DNA of 64,000 nucleotides from Cloacibacterium sp. (GTDB taxonomy: Bacteria; Bacteroidota; Bacteroidia; Flavobacteriales; Weeksellaceae), in the NCBI RefSeq assembly GCF_047601505.1, contig NZ_JASGJD010000001.1, positions 2,621,427 to 2,685,426 of the forward strand. Direction: 5' to 3'. Below the pieces are notes generated by a model that was given only the letters and a program-made list of their open reading frames with translations, made no database searches and had not been told where the DNA came from. A program made the translations under genes and the position numbers. Shown in pieces: positions 47,409 through 55,899 of the stretch. The number at the start of each line of letters is the position of its first letter. Within the stretch, counting starts at the first letter, position 1.

Positions 47409-48293
47409 ATGAGTTTTACCATGAAACATCTAAATCCCGCTTTCGAGTCTATTAAACCTAATATTGGCAGTAGTTTTACCAGTTTAAGATTTAGCCGAAA
47501 TGAAAATGCCAAAGCAAATACATGGCATTACCACCCAGAAATAGAGATTGTATTTGTAGGTGGTGGTTCCGGAAAAAGACAAATAGGAAGTAGCATTAGT
47601 TATTTCAAAAAAGGAGATTTGGTAATGATTGGAAGCAACCTTCCCCATTGCGGTCTAACCAATGAAAACACCAAGAATGATTTCGAAATCGTGATTCAAT
47701 TCAAGCCAGATTTTTTGGGTGAAGCCATCTGGAAAACCCCAGAAATGAACAAGGTGATTAATTTGATAAACACAAGCAGGTCTGGAATTGTTTTCGGAGA
47801 TGACACCAAGAAGTATTTAGAGAAAAAAATTATTTCTATGCACAATGCTTCTTCTCTTAAAAAGCTGGCAAAACTATTAGACATTTTAAACGAACTGGCA
47901 AATACAGACGATTACACCATTCTAAATGCTGGAAAATATTATCTACAAACTCAAGTGGAAGATAATGAAAGAATTAATGTAATTTTCAACTTTATTAAAA
48001 ATAATTTCAGAAAACAAATCACATTAGAAGAAGTTTCTGACATTGCTAATATGACGGTTCCTTCTTTTTGTAGATATTTTAAAAAAATCACCAATAAAAC
48101 CTTCACACAGTTTGTGAATGAATACAGAATTATTCACTCTCAGAAGCTTTTGGCAGAGCAACCGATGAGCATTACCGAAATTTGCTTCGAAAGTGGCTTC
48201 AATAATTTTAGTTATTTCAACAGAACTTTTAAAGAATACACGCAAAAAAGTCCGTCAGAATACAGAAAAGAGTTTAGTAATATTATTTCGTAG
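47409..48293 (+). CDS. AraC-family transcriptional regulator (cupin N-terminus)
   Basis: 294 aa: WHYHPEIEIVF...GSNLPH cupin, and a C-terminal HTH ...ICFESGFNNFSYFNRTFKEYTQKSPSEY. Confidence 0.9.
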   Translation: MSFTMKHLNPAFESIKPNIGSSFTSLRFSRNENAKANTWHYHPEIEIVFVGGGSGKRQIGSSISYFKKGDLVMIGSNLPHCGLTNENTKNDFEIVIQFKPDFLGEAIWKTPEMNKVINLINTSRSGIVFGDDTKKYLEKKIISMHNASSLKKLAKLLDILNELANTDDYTILNAGKYYLQTQVEDNERINVIFNFIKNNFRKQITLEEVSDIANMTVPSFCRYFKKITNKTFTQFVNEYRIIHSQKLLAEQPMSITEICFESGFNNFSYFNRTFKEYTQKSPSEYRKEFSNIIS

Positions 48294-48405
48294 AATATTA
48301 CTTTCTCAAAAAAATTATAATTGTTTATTTTAAAAGGAATTATTGATATTGGATTTCAATAGTTCCTTCTTTTATGTGTAATTTTAAGGAGTTAAAAATT
48401 AATTG

Positions 48406-49149
48406 ATGAAATATTTTCTATCCTTTTTATTCTCAATATTCCTTTTTTCTGAAATTTTTGCTTGTACTTGTGAAAAAGGAAATTTCGCCAATCATTATAA
48501 AACTGCAGATATTGTCGCTATTGTTACCGTTACTAAAAAATATGGAGATTATACCGATAAAAGTAAAACTATTGAACTAAATTATTACAAAGCTGAATTG
48601 AAATTTGACAAAATCTATAAAGGAGAAAAATTTAAAGAACTCACAGCATTAGGAAGCACAACTTATACCAACAGTGCAGGTTGCGAAATTTATCTTACCG
48701 TAGGAAACAAATATTTAATAATGCTAAGAAAAAATGCTGACGGCAAATATTATACAAATGCATGTAGCGCCATTTTTAATATTAATACTCAAAAATCACA
48801 ATCAGCAACAATTAGGCATTTTGATTATATTTTTGACTGTTTTAAAAAACATAAAAAAGCTCTTTCTGAATTTGAATTTGCCAATTTCGGGAATTATTCT
48901 TCTTTGATTGATGAATCTAAATTTACCAAAAAAGATATAAAAATCCTTAAAAACAAAATAGCAGTTTATAAAGTATCTATTGACAATAACAACAAAATAA
49001 CTGCAATTAATCCAATAATAAAAGTGGGCTATAAAGACAAAAAAATAGAAAAAATAATAAAAGAACATTTCTCAATCGACAATTCTTTAATCAATTACCA
49101 AACAAATACTTACCTTATTTACATTGATTTTAGCATTTATTTTATTTAG
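48406..49149 (+). CDS. Secreted (or lipo-)protein with TIMP/NTR-like N-terminal domain + unknown C-terminal domain
   Basis: Signal peptide ...FSEIFA, then CTCEKGNFANHYKTADIVAIV.... The mature Cys are at positions 1, 3, 74, 101 and 126. The GCEIYLTVGNKYLIMLRKNADGKYYTNAC segment resembles TIMP-2 [30 protein letters not shown]. The ORF-track start at 48403 is TTG; the ATG is at 48406. Confidence 0.7.
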   Translation: MKYFLSFLFSIFLFSEIFACTCEKGNFANHYKTADIVAIVTVTKKYGDYTDKSKTIELNYYKAELKFDKIYKGEKFKELTALGSTTYTNSAGCEIYLTVGNKYLIMLRKNADGKYYTNACSAIFNINTQKSQSATIRHFDYIFDCFKKHKKALSEFEFANFGNYSSLIDESKFTKKDIKILKNKIAVYKVSIDNNNKITAINPIIKVGYKDKKIEKIIKEHFSIDNSLINYQTNTYLIYIDFSIYFI

Positions 49150-49197
49150 CTGTATCATTAAAAAATTTTTACATATATTTACTTAAAACTAAAATCG

Positions 49198-49545
49198 ATG
49201 GAAACATGTATTGAGTGTGGCGAAAAAATTATTGGCAGAAGCGATAAGAAATTCTGTAACGACGCTTGTAGAAATTCTTACAACAACAAGCAGAACAAAG
49301 ACAGCAGCAATTTGATGCGTACCATCAACAGTAAATTACGCAAAAATTTCAAAATTCTCTCCGAACAAAATTTTGTAGAAGGCAAAGCAAAAACGTCTAA
49401 GAATAAACTTACAACTGCAGGCTTCGATTTTGAATATTTTACGAATATTAAGATTTATAAAAACGGTTCGCAGTATTTCTTTGTTTACGATTATGGTTAT
49501 AAATTACTAGAAGATGGCTTTGTGTTAGTTGTGAGAAAAGACTAA
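49198..49545 (+). CDS. Hypothetical zinc-ribbon protein
   Basis: 115 aa: METCIECGEKIIGRSDKKFCNDACRNSYNNKQNK, a CxxC...CxxxC motif followed by a basic segment. Confidence 0.6.
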   Translation: METCIECGEKIIGRSDKKFCNDACRNSYNNKQNKDSSNLMRTINSKLRKNFKILSEQNFVEGKAKTSKNKLTTAGFDFEYFTNIKIYKNGSQYFFVYDYGYKLLEDGFVLVVRKD

Positions 49546-49576
49546 AATGAGTAGATTTGAATACCTAAAATGAACC

Positions 49577-52500
49577 ATGAAAAAAATCTACATTCTTTTT
49601 ATATTTATACACTATATTTCAATTTTTTCGCAACAAAAAATTCAATCGCAGTCTGATTTTTATTTCTACGAAAACAAAGGTCAAATTGTAGACCAAGAAG
49701 GAAAATTAAACCCGAAAGTTAAATATTTATTCAATTCTGGTGGATTAAATGTCCAAATTAGAAAAGAAGGATTCTCTTATGATGTTTACGAAGTAGAAAA
49801 AACGAAAAAGAAAAAATCTAAAGTCGAAAATTCTTTAACTGTTATTGACAGAAAACCAAAAGATGAATTTAACTATAAATTCAAGTTTCATAGAGTTGAT
49901 ATTGATTTTTTAAACGCCAATAAAAATCCTGAAATTATTGCTGAAGGTAAATCAACAGACTACGAAAATTACTACAATATTCCCGAAAAACCAGAAGGAA
50001 TAACAGAAGTACACCGTTACCAAAAAATCACTTATAAAAATATTTATCCAAAAGTAGATTTGGTTTTCTTTAAACCGAATGATACTACCAAAACGATAGA
50101 ATATAATTTCATCGTTAATCCTGGTGGTAGAATTTCGGATATAAAAATGAAATTCAAAGGCGCAAAAACCAAACTAAAAGATGGTAAACTCTCTATGAAT
50201 CTAAGATTTGGGGAGATGCAAGAAAACATTCCACATTCTTGGATTGAAGAAAAAACCTCAAAAACTGATATTGCTGTACAGTTTAGAGAAATAGAAAACG
50301 GTATTTTCGGGTTTAGTTCATCCAAAGATTCTTTTGATAAAACAGTGGTGATTGACCCTGTTCCTACGAGGATTTGGGGAACGTATTATGGTGGAAGTGG
50401 TAATGATTATGGAATTATAGAAACAGATAAGATAGGTAATGCTTATGTAGTAGGTTCAACTGATAGCTATAATAATATTGCGACAGCAGGTACTCCTCAA
50501 AATAATTATGCAGGTGGATATACTGATGCATTCATTGCAAAATTAGATAAAGATGGAAAAAGAAAATGGGGCACCTATTATGGTTTTGTTTTACAAGATG
50601 AAGGTGATGTAGCAGACTTTGATGATGATTCAAATGTATACTTTGTTGGTACTATATCTGGTAAAATCTCAACACAATTTAATAGAAATATATTTTTATT
50701 AAAATTAGATTCAAATGGATATTTAGTTTATGAAAAACTTTTTGGCGGACCAGGTGTTGATTATCCTTATGACATTTCATACGCTGATAATCACATTTAT
50801 ATTTCAGGTGTAACCAGAAGTAAAAACTCCCTAGGTACTGTTGGAAGTTTTCAAGAGTACAATAAATCAAATGAAGATGATGGATTTCTCACCAAATTAG
50901 ATCTTGATGGAAATATGATTTGGAGTTCATATTTTGGAGGAGAAGACGCATCAACAGGTTTTTTTAAAATAATTAATATATCAAATAATAAAATACATTT
51001 ATTAGGAACTACATATTCTAATAAACTATTTATAAAAGATGCATTTCAACCTACACTTGTTTCATCTATTCAGTATGAAAGAGATGGTTTATATGTGGTT
51101 TTTTCTGATGATGGTAAAAGTGTTATTAAAAGCAGCTATATTGGTTTTGATGGTGATGACTACTTAATTAATGGTAGAATCATAAACAATACTTTATACT
51201 TTACGGGCAAATTCATGAGAAAAGGTATTGATCCTTACAAAGCTGGAATTATTAAAGTTGATATTCTATCTAATAAAATTATTGAAAAAAATTTTTGGGA
51301 TATTTTCATACATAACTGTAGTTATGTAGATGAGTATGGAAATACTTTTTTTTCAGGAAATACAATATGGCATCCTTTTAATATAGCAACACCAAATGCT
51401 TATATCAATACTTTTGCACCATATTCTGACTTTTACATAAAAATTAAACCAGACAACCAAATAGATTGGATTACCTATTACAGAGGTGAAAATTATGGAG
51501 TTCAACTTGGATATATTACAAAAGATATAAACAATTATATTTATATATCTGGATTAAATCATCAAAACACAAAAGGAATTGCAACTCCTGGAACATTTCA
51601 GCAAACAGGATTTAGTAATGATGTATATATCGCAAAATTCGCAGATTGTGAATCTAATGTAAAAGTAAGTTACACACCTATTTGTAACGGAAAAGATTTA
51701 GAATTAAAAGCTGAAGGTGGAAATACATATGAATGGTTTGGTCCTAATAATTTTCATTCCTTTGAACAAAATCCAATTATTAAAAATGCTCAAATTTCAG
51801 ATTCTGGAGAATATTATGTAAGAGCCACTGGCGCAAATACTTGTGGTGGAATATTTACATTAAACGTAGTTGTTGGTAGTCCCGCTCCTCCAAAACCAGA
51901 AATTACAGATTTACCTACTATTAATGGAAATTGTAAAACAACTTTAAATGCTCCTACTGCAACTGATGGTTGTGGTAACAAAATAATAGCTACTACAGCA
52001 GATCAAATATCAAATTTTTCTCCTGGCACTTATACCATCACATGGAAATATGATGACGGAAACGGAAATATTTTTACTCAAACTCAAAAAGTAATTATTA
52101 CTTCTCCTGCGTTGCCTACTGCATTAGCGACTCAAACATTTTGTGCAACCAACTCACCCAAAATATCAGACATCACTATTACCGGACAAAATATTGTTTG
52201 GTACGATGCTTCCAGCAATATTTTGAACACTTCAGATATATTGATTGACGGAATAACTTATTACGCAACTCAAACCATCAATGGTTGCGAAAGCGATAAA
52301 TTACCTATTTTAATCAATATAAACACTACTCCACTTCCTACAGCAAAAGCCAATCAAGATTTTTGTACTTCTCGAAATGCTCAAATTAAAGATTTAGACG
52401 CCACTGGCACTTCGCTCAAATTTTATGATGTCTTAGGAAATTTATTACCAAACACTACCATTCTTCAAGACAACACCTCCTATTTTGTTACACAAACATT

Positions 52501-53530
52501 AAACAATTGCGAAAGTCCGAAATTTGAAATAAAAGTAACTTTGTCTGCTAATTCTTTACCAGCCAACGATTATAATCTGGCTTTCTGTAATGATACTACT
52601 TCTCATTCTAAAACAGAAAATTTAACGAAATACCAAGAAAATATTATCACTGGTTCTTCTGGTTACTCTTTTGAATATTTCGACCAAAATAACAATCAAT
52701 TTTTTGATTTTGCAGATAAAAATATTTCCGTAGGAACTAACATTTTTTATGTAAAAGTTAAAAGCAAAGATGGCTGTCGGAAAATGGTAAATCTAACACT
52801 TCAACTCAACCAAAAACCTATAGTTAATCTCCCCGAAAATGAAGAATTTTGTAGAGGATTGTCTGTAGATTTAGATGCTGGTTTAGATACAAGTTCAAAT
52901 CCACCAGTAAAATTCAAAAACTATAAATGGACCAAAGACGATTCTTCTGTTTCTATTTCTAACGACCAAATTTTAAAGGTAAATACTGCAGGAAAATACA
53001 CCGTAGAAGTCACCAATAGTTCAGATTGTAAAAATACTTCTTCTACTGTTGTTAATCAATCTATTTTAGCCGATATACTAAAAGTGGAAATTTTCAACAA
53101 TAATGCGAAAGTTCTCCTTTCGGCAGGTGGTGATTTTGAATTTTCTCTAGACAATACAATTTGGCAAGATTCTAATGAGTTTAAAAATCTTGGAAACGGA
53201 AATCATACAGTATTTATAAGAACAAAATTGGGTTGTATTATTGGGCAAATGACTTTTACAATCTTTAATATTTCTAATAGTTTCACACCAAATGGTGATG
53301 GAATAAACGAAACTTGGAAAATAGGCGGTATGGAAAATTACCCAAACTCTGAAATTACTGTTTTCGATAGACAAAGCACCACCGTTTTACACGTTATTAC
53401 CACAGGAAGTTTTGAGTGGAATGGCTACTATAACGGAAGACCGCTTCCTACAGCAACCTATTGGTATATTATAAAAGTTTCAGATGGAAGAATTTTTCAA
53501 GGTTCTTTATTGATAAAAAATAGAAACTAA
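49577..53530 (+). CDS. Giant cell-surface protein with T9SS type-B (gliding-motility CHU_C-like) C-terminal sorting domain
   Basis: 1317 aa with a signal peptide and SBBP-like beta-propeller repeats (GTYYGGSGNDYG...). It has an HYR-like module (CGNKIIATTADQISNFSPGTYTITWKYDDGNGN) and about 3 repeats of roughly 75 aa ending ...YYATQTINGCES. The C-terminus FTPNGDGINETWKIGGMENYPNSEITVFDR...WNGYYNGRPLPTATYWYIIK is the type-B CTD. Confidence 0.9.
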   Translation: MKKIYILFIFIHYISIFSQQKIQSQSDFYFYENKGQIVDQEGKLNPKVKYLFNSGGLNVQIRKEGFSYDVYEVEKTKKKKSKVENSLTVIDRKPKDEFNYKFKFHRVDIDFLNANKNPEIIAEGKSTDYENYYNIPEKPEGITEVHRYQKITYKNIYPKVDLVFFKPNDTTKTIEYNFIVNPGGRISDIKMKFKGAKTKLKDGKLSMNLRFGEMQENIPHSWIEEKTSKTDIAVQFREIENGIFGFSSSKDSFDKTVVIDPVPTRIWGTYYGGSGNDYGIIETDKIGNAYVVGSTDSYNNIATAGTPQNNYAGGYTDAFIAKLDKDGKRKWGTYYGFVLQDEGDVADFDDDSNVYFVGTISGKISTQFNRNIFLLKLDSNGYLVYEKLFGGPGVDYPYDISYADNHIYISGVTRSKNSLGTVGSFQEYNKSNEDDGFLTKLDLDGNMIWSSYFGGEDASTGFFKIINISNNKIHLLGTTYSNKLFIKDAFQPTLVSSIQYERDGLYVVFSDDGKSVIKSSYIGFDGDDYLINGRIINNTLYFTGKFMRKGIDPYKAGIIKVDILSNKIIEKNFWDIFIHNCSYVDEYGNTFFSGNTIWHPFNIATPNAYINTFAPYSDFYIKIKPDNQIDWITYYRGENYGVQLGYITKDINNYIYISGLNHQNTKGIATPGTFQQTGFSNDVYIAKFADCESNVKVSYTPICNGKDLELKAEGGNTYEWFGPNNFHSFEQNPIIKNAQISDSGEYYVRATGANTCGGIFTLNVVVGSPAPPKPEITDLPTINGNCKTTLNAPTATDGCGNKIIATTADQISNFSPGTYTITWKYDDGNGNIFTQTQKVIITSPALPTALATQTFCATNSPKISDITITGQNIVWYDASSNILNTSDILIDGITYYATQTINGCESDKLPILININTTPLPTAKANQDFCTSRNAQIKDLDATGTSLKFYDVLGNLLPNTTILQDNTSYFVTQTLNNCESPKFEIKVTLSANSLPANDYNLAFCNDTTSHSKTENLTKYQENIITGSSGYSFEYFDQNNNQFFDFADKNISVGTNIFYVKVKSKDGCRKMVNLTLQLNQKPIVNLPENEEFCRGLSVDLDAGLDTSSNPPVKFKNYKWTKDDSSVSISNDQILKVNTAGKYTVEVTNSSDCKNTSSTVVNQSILADILKVEIFNNNAKVLLSAGGDFEFSLDNTIWQDSNEFKNLGNGNHTVFIRTKLGCIIGQMTFTIFNISNSFTPNGDGINETWKIGGMENYPNSEITVFDRQSTTVLHVITTGSFEWNGYYNGRPLPTATYWYIIKVSDGRIFQGSLLIKNRN

Positions 53531-53556
53531 AAAGAGCAGAAATTTCTGCTCTTTTT
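53529..53556. terminator. Bidirectional terminator between convergent genes
   Basis: aaaaagagcaga-aatt-tctgctcttttt. Confidence 0.8.
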
Positions 53557-53557
53557 C

Positions 53558-54394
53558 TTATTCTTCTGAGATAAGTTTTATTTTATCGTCTAAAATTTCA
53601 ATTACATTTTCTTTGTACAAACCGCCAATTGCTTTTTTGAAATTTTTCTTACTCATCTGCAATTCTTCTTTTATTTCTTCGGGCGAAGAATCGTCTGTAA
53701 GATAAAGCAAGCCATAGTTTTCTTCTAATTTATCTAGAATTTTTTGTTTGAATTCATCAATATTCTGTACAAAACCTTGTTTCTGAAGCGTTACATCTAT
53801 TTTCCCATCTTCTCTAATGGTTTTAATGTAGCCTATTTCATCTGACAAAGGATACAATTTTTTGAAAACATCCGAAGTATAAATCAACCCGAGATATTTT
53901 TTATTTACCACTACATTCCAACCCAATTCAGATTGTCCTGCAATAATTAAATCTACTTTATCACCCGCTTCAAAAGGTACATTTTCGTAATTTTGATTTC
54001 TTTTGAATTTTGTAGTTCCGGTAATTCTGCCAGAAACTTCATCAATATAAATGTACACCAAATAACGTTTTCCTTCCAGAATTTTACCTTTTTGCTGTTT
54101 GTACGGAATAAACAAATCTTTGATAATTCCCCAATCCATAAAAGCACCACTTGGCAAAGATTGCACGCAATTCATCACTGCAAACTCTCCTACTTCTGCC
54201 ACAGGAATTTCTGTAGTTGCTTTCAATTTATCATCGTCTTGATACACAAAAACATCCAATTCTTCTCCTATTTGGGAATTTTCGTCCAAAAATATTTTAG
54301 AAATGAAAGCACGTTCGCCGTTATCTGCTTCTAAAAAAGCTCCAGAATTATTGGTTTCAACGATTTTTAAAGATTGAGTTTTTCCTATGTTCAT
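53558..54394 (-). CDS. S1 RNA-binding domain protein, CvfB/YitL family
   Basis: MNIGKTQSLKIVETNNSGAFLEADNGERAFI... with repeated S1-like domains and a C-terminal winged helix. I prefer the start at 54394; the ORF-track N-terminal 22 aa would overlap the upstream gene. Confidence 0.82.
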   Translation of the reverse strand: MNIGKTQSLKIVETNNSGAFLEADNGERAFISKIFLDENSQIGEELDVFVYQDDDKLKATTEIPVAEVGEFAVMNCVQSLPSGAFMDWGIIKDLFIPYKQQKGKILEGKRYLVYIYIDEVSGRITGTTKFKRNQNYENVPFEAGDKVDLIIAGQSELGWNVVVNKKYLGLIYTSDVFKKLYPLSDEIGYIKTIREDGKIDVTLQKQGFVQNIDEFKQKILDKLEENYGLLYLTDDSSPEEIKEELQMSKKNFKKAIGGLYKENVIEILDDKIKLISEE

Positions 54395-54456
54395 TGTACT
54401 ATTTTTAAAAACTTTGTCTAAGATTTTTAAACTTTTGCAAAGGTAAGGTTTTAAAA

Positions 54457-55848
54457 TCAATTCATTGTTTCCAAAATCACTTTTAAATCTTCTTCTGTAG
54501 TATCTGGATTAATGAAACAAAATCTGGCAACAGTTTCTAATTCGTTATCTTTTTGCCATTTTGTAGGCGTTACCAAAGCGATATTTTCTTTATGATTTTT
54601 ATATGTCCAATTGTAATAATCTTGCGGTTGCCAACCTTTTCTACGGAAAAGTACACAACTTAAACCTGGCTCTCTCACCATTTCTAACAGCGGATTTTCA
54701 TCAATTAATTCTTTGGCTTTTTGTGCCAATTCCAAACCATTTTCTACTGCTTTTCTATATACTCCCGTTCCGTGCATTGCAAGGGAAAACCAAAGCGACA
54801 AACCTCTTAATTTCCTGGTTAATTGCACCTGATAATCTGATGGATTAAAACCTCTAGCTCCTTCATCTTGAAAAATATCCAAATAAGAACCATGCTGAGA
54901 AAGAGCTTCTTTTGCCAATTCTGGTTTTTTATAAATTACAGCTCCACAATCGTAGGTTGTAAAAAGCCATTTGTGAGGATCTATGGTGATACTATCTGCT
55001 TTTTCGACGCCCGAAAAAAGATTTCTTACTTTTGGGGAAGCCAAAGCACCACCTCCATAAGCTGCATCAATATGAAACCAAAGTCCTTTTTCTTCGCAGA
55101 GATTTGCAATTCCGTCTAAATCGTCAATAATCCCTGCATTGGTAGTTCCCGCAGTTGCAATTACAGCAAAAAGTCGGTTTTTGTCTTCATCAGACATTTT
55201 ATTAATTTCTTCTTCTACATCTTTTGCCGTTAATTTTTCTTCTTTGTGAATAAGGTAAACATCGGTATCTGTAATTTTCGCCATTGTAATTACCGAAGAA
55301 TGCGCTCCACCAGAAGTAATAATTAAGCCTTTTTTATTTTTATTTTCAGGATTTTTGCTTCTCCAAAATTCTCTAGCTGTAACAATTGCAGAAAGATTAG
55401 CACCAGTTCCGCCAGGTGTAAAAACCCCAAAAGCTCCCTCTGGAAGCCCTGTAAGAGAAACTATCCATTCCATTGCTTGATTTTCTGCAAAAATTCCGCC
55501 CGCTCCCATCATCCAATAAGAACCGTGAATATTGGAGGCAGAAGTAACCAAATCAAACAAAATAGAAGCTCTGGAAGGAGCAGATGGTACGAAAGATAAA
55601 TTTCTGGGATGATTAATAGGAACATTGGCTTTAGACAAAACATCTGTCCAGATTTTAAAGGCTTTTTCGCCTGAAATTCCGTTTGGTGTAATGGTTTCTC
55701 CCACTAATTTTTTCAACTCTGAAGCTTTTTTGGGACTTCCCAAAACCGGGCTGTTGTCTGTAACTCTGTTGATTGAATATTTCATAATATCCAATGTCAT
55801 TTCAATAAAATCTATATCTATATTGTGCATACAAGTATTTTTATACAA
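54457..55848 (-). CDS. Pyridoxal-phosphate-dependent decarboxylase (group II, fold type I)
   Basis: 463 aa with the PLP-lysine motif SITIDPHKWLFTTYDCGA and TSGGAHSSV. The true start may be an internal Met (M7 or M17) because the first ATG is only 18 nt from the upstream terminator. Confidence 0.85.
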   Translation of the reverse strand: MYKNTCMHNIDIDFIEMTLDIMKYSINRVTDNSPVLGSPKKASELKKLVGETITPNGISGEKAFKIWTDVLSKANVPINHPRNLSFVPSAPSRASILFDLVTSASNIHGSYWMMGAGGIFAENQAMEWIVSLTGLPEGAFGVFTPGGTGANLSAIVTAREFWRSKNPENKNKKGLIITSGGAHSSVITMAKITDTDVYLIHKEEKLTAKDVEEEINKMSDEDKNRLFAVIATAGTTNAGIIDDLDGIANLCEEKGLWFHIDAAYGGGALASPKVRNLFSGVEKADSITIDPHKWLFTTYDCGAVIYKKPELAKEALSQHGSYLDIFQDEGARGFNPSDYQVQLTRKLRGLSLWFSLAMHGTGVYRKAVENGLELAQKAKELIDENPLLEMVREPGLSCVLFRRKGWQPQDYYNWTYKNHKENIALVTPTKWQKDNELETVARFCFINPDTTEEDLKVILETMN

Positions 55849-55865
55849 TCACTAAATATAAGCAT

Positions 55866-55896
55866 AAAAAAAGAGAAGCAAAAATACTTCTCTTTT
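55866..55896 (-). terminator. Terminator after the PepSY-TM gene
   Basis: aaaaaaagagaag-caaaaata-cttctctttt. It is near-identical to the hairpin at 59374..59407. Confidence 0.6.
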
Positions 55897-55899
55897 CAA

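Noticed and set aside
53993-54334. 113-aa + strand ORF
   Set aside because: It is antisense to the CvfB/YitL S1-domain gene and has no recognisable features.
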